Assembly: GCA_963667175.2 (NCBI GenBank)
Contig: CAXXXF010000003.1
Span: 256,001-320,000, forward strand
Source of the DNA: Candidatus Latescibacterota bacterium
GTDB taxonomy: Bacteria > Latescibacterota > UBA2968 > GCA-2709665
DNA length: 64,000 nucleotides
Direction of reading: 5' to 3'
Below, in pieces: positions 19,775-30,927 of this stretch. The notes beneath the pieces were generated by a model. It made no database searches and was not told where the DNA came from. It saw only the letters and a list, made by a program, of their open reading frames with translations. Position 1 is the stretch's first letter, and each line of letters opens with the position of its first letter. Position numbers and translations under genes: made by a program.

Positions 19775-22700
19775 ATGAACAGTAAAGGAAGATTTGTCAT
19801 CGGGTTGCTGATCGCGATGGGCGCGGTATTCGCGGGGGTTGGGTCCGTTTCCGCGCAGACCGCTGCGGACGCGGATTTCGACGACAGCGGCGAGGTGGGC
19901 TTTCAGGACTTCCTGCTGTTTGCGGCGAAGTTCAATACCGCGAGGGGCGACGCCAATTACGACGCCAGGTTCGACCTGGACGACAGCGGCGCGGTGGGGT
20001 TTGCGGATTTCCTCGCGTTCGCGGGTCTGTTCGGGCAGCCTGCGCCGCGAGGCAAGCCCCCGGTTGCGGACGCGGGAGCGTACCAGAGCGTGGACACGGG
20101 CGACGTGGTCACGCTCGACGGCTCGAACAGCAGCGACCCGGAAGGGCAGCCGCTGACCTTCGCGTGGCGTCAGATCGACGGGCCGCTCGTCGCGCTATCG
20201 GACGCAAGCGTTGCGCGTCCCACGTTTCGCACCGGCCAGGCCGGGCATTATACGTTCGAGCTTATCGTAAACAACGGCGCGGCTGAGAGCCTGCCCGATA
20301 CGGTTGCCGTCGACGCGGCGACGATCTCGGAGGCGGCGGTGTTTGCGGGCGGCCCCGACGCGTCGTTTACGTATAAGGAGACGTCGGGCGATCAGATGGT
20401 CTTTGCGGTGGGGTCGGGCGCGCCCGAGGTGCAGGTGGGCGCGGTGATGGTCAACACCGTGGATCCGTTCTTCCTGAAGAAGGTGACGCGCGTGGTCAGC
20501 CGGGATGCGGCCGAGCTGGTCGTCGAAACCGAAGACGCCGCACTCACCGACGTCGTGGAAGAGGCCTCGGTACGACAGACGCTCACGTTTCCGGATCCGG
20601 CGTCGAAGGTGGCCCTGATCGACCTTGTCAGCGACCCCAGGCAGGTGTGCACGGACGAGACGGAGGCGTTGTGCGCCACGGCTTCGAACATCAGCCTGTC
20701 TCCCAGAATCCATTTCGATATCAATATCGAGGACGGGGGCGTCGATAGCCTTGTCGTTGCGGCCGGGGTCGAGTTCAAGGCCGATTTCGAGTTCCAAATG
20801 GAAGCGGCCGCGGGCTTCAGCCGGGAGCGCGAAGTCGATCTGAAATTGGGTCCATTGGCAGAGAAGCTGAAGGGCGCCCTTAAGTTCGGTCAGAGTCTGT
20901 CCATCCCGGTAAACGTGACGCCCGAACTGGGCTTTGGTGTGAAAGGAAGCATCCAGGTGGCCGGCAAGTTCAAGGCCGGCGTTAACGTCAACAGAACCAT
21001 CAACGTGGGCATCAAGTACAAGGACGGCCAATTCCACAACTTCGGCACGGGGGACGACGGAGACGCGCAGGACGGGATCTCCCCTGAAATCGGCCTGTAC
21101 GGGAGCGTCAATCTGAGCGCCTACGCGTACGGGAGGCTCAACGTCGGGTTGGGCAAAGGCACCGGCAACTGGGAGGCCGGGGTGGGCGCAGTCAGTTTCG
21201 GACTGGTTCCGTACGTGGGATTTGACGCTGAAGCCAGCGCGACGTCCAGCCGGCGGCAACCGACCCTGGATTGGGCAATCAGCATGGGGGTCAACGCGGA
21301 AGTGAGTGTGAACGGCCCTTATGTCAGGTTTTTCAGCTTGTCACTCGAGACGTTTGCCAGAGATTGGGAATTTGCCCTGTTTCAGGTGACCCTCTCGAAT
21401 GGGAACGCGCCCGTGAGGACGGGACCGGTATTGGTGGACCTTAATCTGGAAGGCGTCACGTATCATGGCGGCGATTTATATGCGCTCTATGCGAAGGAAA
21501 ACGGCGGCAGGGTCTACGCGGAGCGACGGAACCCATGTGGTTCATGGGAATATCGGGAGCTGTTTGATCTTGCAACGGTGGAACATCTGACAGATCGAGA
21601 AAAGGAGCTGAACCGGCGTATCTTTTACGCGATGGGGATCGCCTCTGCCAGCCCCGGTCCGAGCACGAAGATCCTATACGTGGTTGGGCTGGACGACATG
21701 CCGGTCGGGGATGGCGTGAATAGCGTCCCGAGGCTGTATAAATACCAGAATCACAGGACGGAACAGGGATGGGAGGGATGGAAACAGGCTAACGTCTACC
21801 ATTTGTCCGAAGAAAATGGGTTCCCTGTGGGTATCGCCTACGATAACGAAGGGCACTTCTATGTCGTTGACCGCGAGACAAAAAAGGTCCACGTGTATTC
21901 GGAATCCGCAAAGGACGGCATGAACCTCACGTCGGTCAGGACCTTCGATCTGGACTCCGGGAATGGCATTCCGTACGGCATCGTGTACGGCGAAGACCGA
22001 ATCTACGTGGTGGATCGCGCCGGCGACAAGGTCTTTGCATACGCCCGTTCCGGCGAGCGCGTAACGGGCGCGGACTTCAGTCTGGATGACGACAACGGCG
22101 ATCCGTCCGGTATCGCGTATGCCAACGGCGGCTTCTACGTGGCGGATTCCGAAGACGGGATATTCTATGAATACGCGGGTACGGTGACAGTACTTTCAGT
22201 ACGCAGACTGACGAACAACGACGCCGGGGACAGTGGTCCCCAGTGGTCGCCTGACGGCCGGCAGATCGCCTTCAATACCGACCGCGACGACGGCAATTCT
22301 GAGATCTACGTGATGGAATCGGACGGGAGCGACCCGCGCAACCTGACCAACAATGACGCTTCGGACTTTCATCCCTCGTGGTCGCCTGACGGCCGTCAGA
22401 TCGCGTTCACCTCCTATCGCGACGGCGATTCTGAGATCTACGTGATGGGATCGGACGGGAGCGACCCGCGCAACCTGACCAACAACCACAGCGACGACGA
22501 CGAACCTTTTCCGGGGTGGTCTTCGGACGTTAATCCCTGGTGGTCTCCCGATGGCCGACAGATCGCCTTCAGATCCAGACGCACAGTTTTTGGCTATTAT
22601 GATCGCCGGCACCGGCCCTGGAATGTCTGGGTGATGGAATCGGACGGGAGCAACCCGCGCAGTATTTCCTATAACATTACACTGTGGGCCAACAGTTCAG

Positions 22701-23236
22701 GTTGGCCTTACCCCTGGTCGCCTGACGGCCGGCTTCTCGCGTTCACCGACAAAGACGACGAGCACGGCCATATCTACGTGACTGATTCGTATGGGAGCTT
22801 TCGCCGCGCACTGAACGGCGGCGCCTCCGTTCACGCCAGTAACTCTCATCCCTCGTGGTCGCCTGACGGCCGTTATATCGCCTTCCATTCCGACGATTGG
22901 GTGTACAGAGAAGGGGTGGAAATCTACGTGATTGGGCCGGATGGTCGCAACCCGTGCAACCTGACCAACAACAGCAGGAGGGCCTACGAACGCGATCCCT
23001 CGTGGTCGCCTGACGGCCGGTATATCGCGTTCACCTCCTATGGCGACGGCAACAGCGAGATCTACGTGATGGGATCGGACGGGAGCGACCCGCGCAACCT
23101 GACCAACAATGACGGTAATGACGGGTACCCCGTCTGGTCTCCCGATGGCCGGCGGATCGCGTTCATCTCCGATCGCGACGGCAACGTCGAGATCTACGTG
23201 ATCGATCTGCAGATCGTCAACGCAGGCGGGCAATAG
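19775..23236 (+). CDS. Array protein B: signal peptide, dockerin-like, PKD-like, beta-rich region, NHL-like propeller, PD40 propeller
   Basis: 1153 aa; same N-terminus as A, then PVADAG...TLDGSNSSDPEG.PLTFAWRQ (PKD-like); GIAY..G.FYVVD repeats; 7 WSPDG repeats. Confidence 0.9.
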   Translation: MNSKGRFVIGLLIAMGAVFAGVGSVSAQTAADADFDDSGEVGFQDFLLFAAKFNTARGDANYDARFDLDDSGAVGFADFLAFAGLFGQPAPRGKPPVADAGAYQSVDTGDVVTLDGSNSSDPEGQPLTFAWRQIDGPLVALSDASVARPTFRTGQAGHYTFELIVNNGAAESLPDTVAVDAATISEAAVFAGGPDASFTYKETSGDQMVFAVGSGAPEVQVGAVMVNTVDPFFLKKVTRVVSRDAAELVVETEDAALTDVVEEASVRQTLTFPDPASKVALIDLVSDPRQVCTDETEALCATASNISLSPRIHFDINIEDGGVDSLVVAAGVEFKADFEFQMEAAAGFSREREVDLKLGPLAEKLKGALKFGQSLSIPVNVTPELGFGVKGSIQVAGKFKAGVNVNRTINVGIKYKDGQFHNFGTGDDGDAQDGISPEIGLYGSVNLSAYAYGRLNVGLGKGTGNWEAGVGAVSFGLVPYVGFDAEASATSSRRQPTLDWAISMGVNAEVSVNGPYVRFFSLSLETFARDWEFALFQVTLSNGNAPVRTGPVLVDLNLEGVTYHGGDLYALYAKENGGRVYAERRNPCGSWEYRELFDLATVEHLTDREKELNRRIFYAMGIASASPGPSTKILYVVGLDDMPVGDGVNSVPRLYKYQNHRTEQGWEGWKQANVYHLSEENGFPVGIAYDNEGHFYVVDRETKKVHVYSESAKDGMNLTSVRTFDLDSGNGIPYGIVYGEDRIYVVDRAGDKVFAYARSGERVTGADFSLDDDNGDPSGIAYANGGFYVADSEDGIFYEYAGTVTVLSVRRLTNNDAGDSGPQWSPDGRQIAFNTDRDDGNSEIYVMESDGSDPRNLTNNDASDFHPSWSPDGRQIAFTSYRDGDSEIYVMGSDGSDPRNLTNNHSDDDEPFPGWSSDVNPWWSPDGRQIAFRSRRTVFGYYDRRHRPWNVWVMESDGSNPRSISYNITLWANSSGWPYPWSPDGRLLAFTDKDDEHGHIYVTDSYGSFRRALNGGASVHASNSHPSWSPDGRYIAFHSDDWVYREGVEIYVIGPDGRNPCNLTNNSRRAYERDPSWSPDGRYIAFTSYGDGNSEIYVMGSDGSDPRNLTNNDGNDGYPVWSPDGRRIAFISDRDGNVEIYVIDLQIVNAGGQ

Positions 23237-23634
23237 CCGAGAAGCGGGGGGACCTTCATTCGGGGAAAGGCAGTGGCCGGTAGAGGCAGTGGACAGTGGT
23301 CAGCGAAAAGCAGCAATCAGCATTCAGCCGTCAGCTTGAAGCAAGAGCGAACCAATTGCACTAAGCGCCGGGACGTGGCAGGAATAAACGGAACGTGGCC
23401 CTCACCCCCCGGCCCCCTCTCAAAGGGGAAAGGCAGTGGTCAGTGGTTAGTGGCCAGAGAGAGGCGGTGAGGATATCGACTGTCACTCCCCCCTTGGGGG
23501 GGAGTCGGCAAGGCAAGGGCGCCAGCCCGAAGGCGCGCCGGAGGGGGGCGCTTTCGGGTCTACCCATGTAAATTCCGTTTTCCGAACACAGAGGTTGACG
23601 CAAGCCGCCCAGCATACACGAGGGAAATCTCGCC

Positions 23635-26600
23635 ATGAAAAACAAAAGAAAATTCGTCATCGGGTTGCTGATCGCGATGGGCGCGGTATTCGCGGGGGTT
23701 GGGTCTGTCTCCGCGCAGACCGCTGCGGACGCGGATTTCGACGACAGCGGCGAGGTGGGCTTTCAGGACTTCCTGCTGTTTGCGGCGAAGTTCAATACCG
23801 CGAGGGGCGACGCCAATTACGACGCCAGGTTCGACCTGGACGACAGCGGCGACGTGGGGTTTGCGGACTTCCTCACGTTCGCGCGGTTTTTCGGCGAGAC
23901 TGTGCCCGTGCCTGCGCTGGCGCTGACCGGGATCGCGCCGTCGGAAGGGATGCCCGGAACGCTGATCGAGCTTGTGGGGCAATTTGACGCCAATACGGCG
24001 TATCAGGTGAAATTCGGCACGTTCTTGTTGCCGGTGTTCGCGCAAGACGCGGAGCGGATTACCGCCATGGTGCCCGTGTTGGAAAGCGGGTCCGTGCCGG
24101 TGCTCGTGGTTGACCCGTCGGGCCGGGAGTCTGAGCCCACGTCGTTTGAGGTGCTGGCGCTCCCCGAGCCGCGGATGAACCCCGAGCAACTGCAACAGGC
24201 GGTGTCGGGGGTCGGGGACGGCATCGGGAACGTGCTGGCGCCGTTGACCGCGCCGGACAGTCTGTTCAGCGCGGCGGACGCGGCGATGATCAAGGATGAA
24301 ATGGGCAAGCTCAACGCGGCGTGGGGCATCCTGGGGCAGCGGATCGAGGCGCTGCCGCCGGAGGACGCGGCGCTGTTGACGCATCTTCTGGACAACAGCG
24401 GCGCGTTGGGGATTCTGGAGGGTCTGGGAACAATCGACCTGAGCGCGTCGAAGGCGGTGGAGCTGGGCGCCGCCTTCCGTCATCAGAAGTTGTTCCAGGC
24501 GGACGTGGTGAGCTTTCTGATGGGGAACGCCAGCGCCGCGACTTCAGCAGCCACGTTGATCGCGGCGGTGGTTCCTGGCGGGCAGGCCTTACTCCCGATT
24601 CTGGCGGCCATCGACGCCGTCAGCGGCGTGACGAAAACGGTCATCGACGCGATCTTTCCAACGGATCTGGAGAACCTCAGGGTCGAAATATCTCCGACGC
24701 CGGTGGCGGTGGAGGGCGCGTCCGACGTGTCGTATTACGGGGACTTTGTCACGGAGAGCGACGCCATACGCGCGCTGGGGGACAAACTGCTGGAGGGCGC
24801 CGTAGAGGAACTGTTGGACGAATTCCTCAAGATACCGAAGGTGTCCGAGAAGGCGGCGGAGGAAATCGTCGGTTTTGTCACCGGCATCCTTACTTCTGCG
24901 GGTATGAAGGGATTCGATTGGGCCCTGCGCGGCGCGACGATAAGCCCCGCGCTGAAGGACGTGCCATTGGATATGTCGGTGTATCGACTCAGCATATTCG
25001 ACGTTCTGCAGGTCGTACCGACGTTGCCGGGCAAGGAGACGGCGGACGCGATCGAGTATCTGCTGGGAAAGGCCGGGATCGACGTGACGTTCTTCGATCC
25101 GGTGGTGGTCGAGAACGAGGCGGTGGCGGCGTACGACAAGCTGAATGCTCGGCTGACGGGAAAGACGGCGGGGGCAACGCGGCTGACGGTGCGGGCGATA
25201 CGATTTGTGGAGTGGGACTCCTGGTGGAATTGGCTCGGTATCTGTGTGTGGGAGACGGTCGGGCCCGTGTATCAAAATATCAACGTCGGGACGACGTCAA
25301 CCAGCCCACCCTTTGATCTGGATAGCGACAACACTTGGCCGCATGGGATCACGTATGTCAACAACCGGTTCTACGTGGTTGATGATCGGCATGATAAGGT
25401 TTTCGCGTATACGGTTTCGGGGCAGCGTGACGCGGCTTCGGAGTTCGATCTGAATGACGAAAACGGGTCTCCGAAAGGTATCACGTATGCCAACAACCGT
25501 TTCTACGTGATTGATAGTTGGCCTGATGATAAGGTTTTTGCGTATACGGTTTCGGGGCAGCGTGACGCGGCTTCGGAGTTCGATCTGAATGACGAAAACG
25601 GGTCTCCGAAAGGTATCACGTATGCCGACAACCGGTTCTACGTGGTTGATAGTTGGCATGATAAGGTCTTTGCGTATACGGTTTCGGGGCAGCGTGACGC
25701 GGCTTCGGACTTCGATCTGGATAGCGGAAGGGCATATCCGCGAGGTATGACGCATGACAACGATCAACCCGCCGGTATCACCTACGCGAACAACCGGTTC
25801 TACGTGGTTGATGATTATGATGCTAAGGTCTATGTGTATACGGTTTCGGGGCAGCGTGACGTGGCTTCGGAGTTCGATCTGAATAGCGACAGCCGTACTC
25901 CGCATGGGATTACGTATGCCAACGATCGATTCTACGTCGTTGATTATTCCGTGGAAAGGATCTTCGTGTACAAACATTCAGGCCAGTATAGAGCGAGACC
26001 GGACCTGGTTGCGCAATCTTCGACCAGTGAGGGTCTATTGACGCCTGGCCAATCATTCACCCTCTCCGCGACTGTAGAGAACGTCGGGGACGCGCAAGCG
26101 TCTTCCACAATGCTGCGCTACTATTACTCCGACGATTGGTCTATTTCGCAGAACGACACGCTTCTGGGGTCGGCTGCAGTGGGCGTTCTGAATCCATCGG
26201 ACAGGAGCCTTGTCAACGTAACGTTAACCGCGCCATCGGCAGTAGGTACGTATTACTACCGGGTATACGCAGACGTGGTTGATGGGGAAGAAATAACGTA
26301 TAACAACCCTTCGGTGGCATCGGTTGTCTCCGTATCTTCGGAGACGCCTGCAACCACGGGTTTTTCTATCGCTACCAACGTTCATCCAACCAGCATCACG
26401 TATGCCAACGACCGATTTTACGTGGCTGATTTGCTTAAAAGAAAAATCTTCGCGTACATGAGTTCGGGCGAGCGTGATGAGGCTTCGGACTTCGGGGTCA
26501 ATGTTGCTTCGTATGGTATCACGTATGCCAATGACCGATTCTTTGTCGCCGGTCCCGACACCGTCTATGCGTACACGGTCTCCGGTCAGCGAGATGCGGC

Positions 26601-27693
26601 TTCGGATCTGCCTTTCGGCAGTAATCGTTTGACGGGTATCACGTATGCCAACGACCGATTTTACGTCGTACATGACTATTCCGATAAGGCCATTGCGTAT
26701 ACGAGTTTGGGTCAGCGAGACAGTCGTTCAGACTTCAGTTTGCAATACGATGGACCGGCGGGAATCACCTATGCCAACGGGCAGTTCTACGTGGCCAACA
26801 ATGATCTGGGCGGCGGTTGGCAAAAACTCGAGGTCCATGCGTATGGAAGTTCCGGCGGGCGTGCCGCGGCTTCAGATTTCGTTCCGAGATATGGCCCGTT
26901 CTTTGACACCTTTTCCGGAGGTATCACGTATGCCAACGATCGGTTTTACATTGTTTCAGCGGGCAAAGTTGACAAGCTCGGCGACGAGGTAGTCCGTGCG
27001 TATTCAAGCTCCGGTGGGCGTCATTCAGCTTCAGACTTCAGGTTGGAGTTAACTCTTCCGAATGGCATCGCCTATGGCAACAACCGATTCTACGTCGCTG
27101 ACGACTCGCGCAGGGTACTTGTGTACACGAATTCGGGGACGCGTGACGCCGCCTCGGACTTTCTCGTCCGCTATGGTAATCCAACTGGCATCACGTATGC
27201 CAACAATCGACTCTACGTCGTTCATCGCAATTCCAGTACGGTCAGCGTGTATACGCGTTCGGGGCAGCTGGAATCGGATTCAGGCTTCCGTCTGAGTTCC
27301 AACAACGACAAACCGGCCGGTATCACGTACGGCAACCACCGATTCTACGTCATTGATGATAATGATAATAATACTCGTACCTTTGTTTACACGAGATCGG
27401 GAGAGTATTTGGAGACCTTCGATACGGATCGCGCCCTCGAGCCGGGCGGCATCACCTACGTCAACGGCAAACTCTACGTCCCCGACACGTATACGACCTA
27501 CGTGTACACGGATTTGGGACTTCGTGATGCAGATTCGGAGTTCACGCATGGTTTTCAGTCGACTGGAATCGCGTATACGGATAACCGGTTGTTTGTCGTC
27601 GGTCTGTCCTATGGTAAAGTTAGTCCATCGCGCGGTTGGAGTGATATTGCATTTGGCGGCATCGTGAGGGCGTACACGCTTTCCGGGCAATAG
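23635..27693 (+). CDS. Array protein C: signal peptide, dockerin-like, IPT/TIG, helical region, NHL-like propeller, CARDB, NHL-like propeller
   Basis: 1352 aa; many GITYANNRFYV...VYAYT.SGQRDAASDF repeats; PDLV...FTLSATVENVG CARDB-like domain. Confidence 0.9.
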   Translation: MKNKRKFVIGLLIAMGAVFAGVGSVSAQTAADADFDDSGEVGFQDFLLFAAKFNTARGDANYDARFDLDDSGDVGFADFLTFARFFGETVPVPALALTGIAPSEGMPGTLIELVGQFDANTAYQVKFGTFLLPVFAQDAERITAMVPVLESGSVPVLVVDPSGRESEPTSFEVLALPEPRMNPEQLQQAVSGVGDGIGNVLAPLTAPDSLFSAADAAMIKDEMGKLNAAWGILGQRIEALPPEDAALLTHLLDNSGALGILEGLGTIDLSASKAVELGAAFRHQKLFQADVVSFLMGNASAATSAATLIAAVVPGGQALLPILAAIDAVSGVTKTVIDAIFPTDLENLRVEISPTPVAVEGASDVSYYGDFVTESDAIRALGDKLLEGAVEELLDEFLKIPKVSEKAAEEIVGFVTGILTSAGMKGFDWALRGATISPALKDVPLDMSVYRLSIFDVLQVVPTLPGKETADAIEYLLGKAGIDVTFFDPVVVENEAVAAYDKLNARLTGKTAGATRLTVRAIRFVEWDSWWNWLGICVWETVGPVYQNINVGTTSTSPPFDLDSDNTWPHGITYVNNRFYVVDDRHDKVFAYTVSGQRDAASEFDLNDENGSPKGITYANNRFYVIDSWPDDKVFAYTVSGQRDAASEFDLNDENGSPKGITYADNRFYVVDSWHDKVFAYTVSGQRDAASDFDLDSGRAYPRGMTHDNDQPAGITYANNRFYVVDDYDAKVYVYTVSGQRDVASEFDLNSDSRTPHGITYANDRFYVVDYSVERIFVYKHSGQYRARPDLVAQSSTSEGLLTPGQSFTLSATVENVGDAQASSTMLRYYYSDDWSISQNDTLLGSAAVGVLNPSDRSLVNVTLTAPSAVGTYYYRVYADVVDGEEITYNNPSVASVVSVSSETPATTGFSIATNVHPTSITYANDRFYVADLLKRKIFAYMSSGERDEASDFGVNVASYGITYANDRFFVAGPDTVYAYTVSGQRDAASDLPFGSNRLTGITYANDRFYVVHDYSDKAIAYTSLGQRDSRSDFSLQYDGPAGITYANGQFYVANNDLGGGWQKLEVHAYGSSGGRAAASDFVPRYGPFFDTFSGGITYANDRFYIVSAGKVDKLGDEVVRAYSSSGGRHSASDFRLELTLPNGIAYGNNRFYVADDSRRVLVYTNSGTRDAASDFLVRYGNPTGITYANNRLYVVHRNSSTVSVYTRSGQLESDSGFRLSSNNDKPAGITYGNHRFYVIDDNDNNTRTFVYTRSGEYLETFDTDRALEPGGITYVNGKLYVPDTYTTYVYTDLGLRDADSEFTHGFQSTGIAYTDNRLFVVGLSYGKVSPSRGWSDIAFGGIVRAYTLSGQ

Positions 27694-28212
27694 CCGCGAT
27701 GCGGGGGGGACCGTTACCAGGGGAAAGGCAGTGGCGAGGAAAAGCAGTGGTTAGTGGCCAGTGGTCAGTAAAGGCAGCGTTCAGCCGTCAGCCACGACCT
27801 GTTGACGATAGGGATTGGCGATAACAATTCAGGAAAATCCGTCGGTTTGTAGGGGCGGTTCGCGAACCGCCCGATTTGCGCAGAGCTCTCCCCCCGGCCT
27901 GCCTGCGCCTGCCTGTCCCGTTGGAGCGGCAGACAGGTCGAGTTCTGCTCGGCAGGCAGGCCCCCTCTCCCAAAGGGAGAGGGGGAGCAGGACAGAGTGT
28001 ATATCCATTCGCGGATGCCTGGATCTTGTGTAGGGGCGGCCGGCCGGTCGCCCCTACAGATGCGACGCCGGTGGGGGGCGTTTTCGCAACCATCCATATA
28101 AACTCCGTTTTCTGAACACAGAGGTTGACGCAGGCCGAAGCCGACAACTGTCGCAAAATGCGTCATCTTAACTCGCACGGAAACCGCTCTCCATACAAGA
28201 GGAGGTCTCGCC

Positions 28213-30927
28213 ATGAACAGTAAAAGAAAAGTCGTCATCGGGTTGCTGATCGCGATGGGCGTTGTCTTCGCGGGGGTCGGGTCTGTTTCCGCGCAGACCG
28301 CTGCGGACGCGGATTTTGACGACAGCGGCGAGGTGGGGTTTCAGGACTTCCTGCTGTTTGCGGCGAAGTTCAATACCGCAAGGGGCGACGCGGATTACGA
28401 CGCCAGGTTCGACCTGGACGACAGCGGCGAGGTGGGGTTTGCGGATTTCCTCACGTTCGCGCGGTTTTTCGGCGAGACTGCGCCCGTGCCGGCGCTGGCG
28501 CTGACCGGGATCGCGCCGTCGGAAGGGATGCCCGGAACGCTGATCGAGCTTGTGGGGCAATTTGACGGCGATACGGCGTATCAGGTGAAATTCGGCACGG
28601 TTTTGTTCCCGGTGTTCGCGCAAGACGCGGAACGGATTACCGCCATGGTGCCCGTGTTGGAAAGCGGGTCCGTGCCGGTTCTCGTGGTTGACCCGTCGGG
28701 CCCGGAATCTGATCCCATGTCGTTTGAGGTGCTGGCGCTCCCTGAACCGCGGATGAACGTCCAGCAATTGCAACAGACCGTGTCGGACGTCGGGGCGGGT
28801 ATCGGGAATGCCCTGGCGCCGGTGATGGACGCCGGTGTGTTTCCCAGCGACGCGGACGCGGCGTTGTTCAGCCAGGAAATGGATAAGCTGAACGCGGCGT
28901 GGGGCGTCATCGGGCAGCGGATCGCGGCCCTGCCGCCGGAGGACGCCGCGCTGTTGACGCAACTTCTGGACAACAGCGGGGCGTTGGGCATTCTGGAGGG
29001 CCTCGGGAAAATCGATCTGAGCGCGTCGAAGGTACCGGCGGAGAGCAGTTTGACGCATCAGGTATTTTTTCGGGTGGATATCGTCAGTGCGCTCTTGGGC
29101 TATGCCAGTGAAGTGACCATGCTAATCACGATAGTTTCGGCGGTGGCGCCGGAACCGTTGTTCACGAAAGCCGCAGCCGGCGCACTGGGGGGTATAGGTA
29201 TATTAACCGGTACGTTGAAACTTGCAATTGACGCGGCCATTCCAACGGATTTGCAACGCGTCAGCAGAGTGGAGATAACTCCGACGCCGGTGCTGGTGGA
29301 GGGCGTATCCGACGTGGTGTTTTTCGGGGAGTTTAAGACGGAGAGTAATTTAGCCAGTGAGCTGGCGTCGCAGAAGATTGATGAGGGGATTACGACAATT
29401 TTGGAATTTGTTATCAAAAGGAAGATACCGGCAGCCAAGAAGCTGCTGGAAGATAGAGATAAAGGGATAGAGTCGCCGGCGAGCGAAGCGCTGGATGAAA
29501 TTGTCGGCTTTTTCTCGGGCATCTTCTCAGAGATCGGTATTGACGAGACGGGGTTGAATACCCTCTTGGAGAAAGTGGAACTGTCGCGCAATGACGTGCG
29601 ATTGGATATGTCGCTATACCGTCTCAGTGTGCCAAGCATAATAAAGTGGGGTATACCGATATTCCCCGCCGAAGAGATTGACAAGATGCTGGGCGTTCTG
29701 GAAAAAGTCGGAATTGACGTGGTTTCCGAATCGGTGGAGGTCGTGGACAGTCGGGACGTCGCAAATGAAGACGTGGCGGTGTATGATCCTGCAACGGTTC
29801 AACTGACGGGAAAGACAGCGGGCGTGATGCGGCTGAAGATGCGGGCATTTCGGTTTGTGGAGCCGGGAGGCGAGTCGGGTGATGAGCCGGGAGAAGAAAA
29901 AAAAGGACTTTTGGGCCGCCTGTGGGATCGCGCGAAGCAAATTGCGACAATTCCGTTGGACTTTCTGAAAAACCTTCATCCTATCTTTCGTTTTTTCAAT
30001 TCGATGGAGCGTCTGGATCCAGTGTACGTTGAATTTGCGGTGAAGGTGTCCGGCTCCGACGTCGAGGAACCCCTTGTGGTCGAGTCAATACGCAATCTGA
30101 CGCGAGGCCATGACGGCTTAGGACCCTCGTGGTCGCCCGATGGAAGGCGCATCGCCTTCTCATCCGAGCGTGGCGCCAACTACGAGATCTACGTGATGGG
30201 CTCAGACGGAAGCAATCCGCGCAGCCTTACCAACGCCATTGGAAGCGACATGGACCCCTCGTGGTCGCCCGATGGAAGGCACATCGCCTTCTCATCCGAG
30301 CGTGACGGCAACGACGAGATCTACGTGATGGGCTCAGACGGAAGCAATCCGCGCAACCTTACCAACGCCATTGGAAGCGACAGGTACCCCTCGTGGTCGC
30401 CCGATGGAAGGCACATCGCCTTCTCATCCACTCGCGACGGCAGATTGGAGATCTACGTGATGGGCTCAGACGGGAGCAATCCGCGCAGACTCACCAACCA
30501 CAGTGGAGGCGGCTGGGACCCCTCGTGGTCGCCCGATGGAAGGCACATTGCCTTCACATCCGGGGGTGATGTCAACTCCTTTTGGGAGTCCGAGATCTAC
30601 GTGATGGGCTCAGACGGGAGCAATCCGGGCAACCTTACCAACCAAAGTGGAATCGACATGGGCCCCTCGTGGTCGCCCGATGGAAGGCGCATCGCCTTCA
30701 CATCCGACAGTGGCGCCAACTACTACAACATCTACGTGATGGGCTCAGACGGAAGCAATCCGCGCAGCCTTACCAACGCCATTGGAAGCGACAATGACCC
30801 CAATGTAATGGACAGGTACCCCTCGTGGTCGCCCGATGGAAGGCACATCGCCTTCTCATCCTTACGCGACTTCGACTTTGAGGTCTTCCAGATCTACGTG
30901 ATCACCTTTCAGGGCGGCGGGCAATAG
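28213..30927 (+). CDS. Array protein D: paralog of A with a different PD40 propeller
   Basis: 904 aa; collinear with A up to 'VESIR', then 6 PSWSPDG repeats; ends GGGQ. Confidence 0.9.
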   Translation: MNSKRKVVIGLLIAMGVVFAGVGSVSAQTAADADFDDSGEVGFQDFLLFAAKFNTARGDADYDARFDLDDSGEVGFADFLTFARFFGETAPVPALALTGIAPSEGMPGTLIELVGQFDGDTAYQVKFGTVLFPVFAQDAERITAMVPVLESGSVPVLVVDPSGPESDPMSFEVLALPEPRMNVQQLQQTVSDVGAGIGNALAPVMDAGVFPSDADAALFSQEMDKLNAAWGVIGQRIAALPPEDAALLTQLLDNSGALGILEGLGKIDLSASKVPAESSLTHQVFFRVDIVSALLGYASEVTMLITIVSAVAPEPLFTKAAAGALGGIGILTGTLKLAIDAAIPTDLQRVSRVEITPTPVLVEGVSDVVFFGEFKTESNLASELASQKIDEGITTILEFVIKRKIPAAKKLLEDRDKGIESPASEALDEIVGFFSGIFSEIGIDETGLNTLLEKVELSRNDVRLDMSLYRLSVPSIIKWGIPIFPAEEIDKMLGVLEKVGIDVVSESVEVVDSRDVANEDVAVYDPATVQLTGKTAGVMRLKMRAFRFVEPGGESGDEPGEEKKGLLGRLWDRAKQIATIPLDFLKNLHPIFRFFNSMERLDPVYVEFAVKVSGSDVEEPLVVESIRNLTRGHDGLGPSWSPDGRRIAFSSERGANYEIYVMGSDGSNPRSLTNAIGSDMDPSWSPDGRHIAFSSERDGNDEIYVMGSDGSNPRNLTNAIGSDRYPSWSPDGRHIAFSSTRDGRLEIYVMGSDGSNPRRLTNHSGGGWDPSWSPDGRHIAFTSGGDVNSFWESEIYVMGSDGSNPGNLTNQSGIDMGPSWSPDGRRIAFTSDSGANYYNIYVMGSDGSNPRSLTNAIGSDNDPNVMDRYPSWSPDGRHIAFSSLRDFDFEVFQIYVITFQGGGQ

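Noticed and set aside
29897-29904. A8 homopolymer in gene D as a phase-variation switch
   Set aside because: The tract is short, in frame, and not conserved in paralog A.
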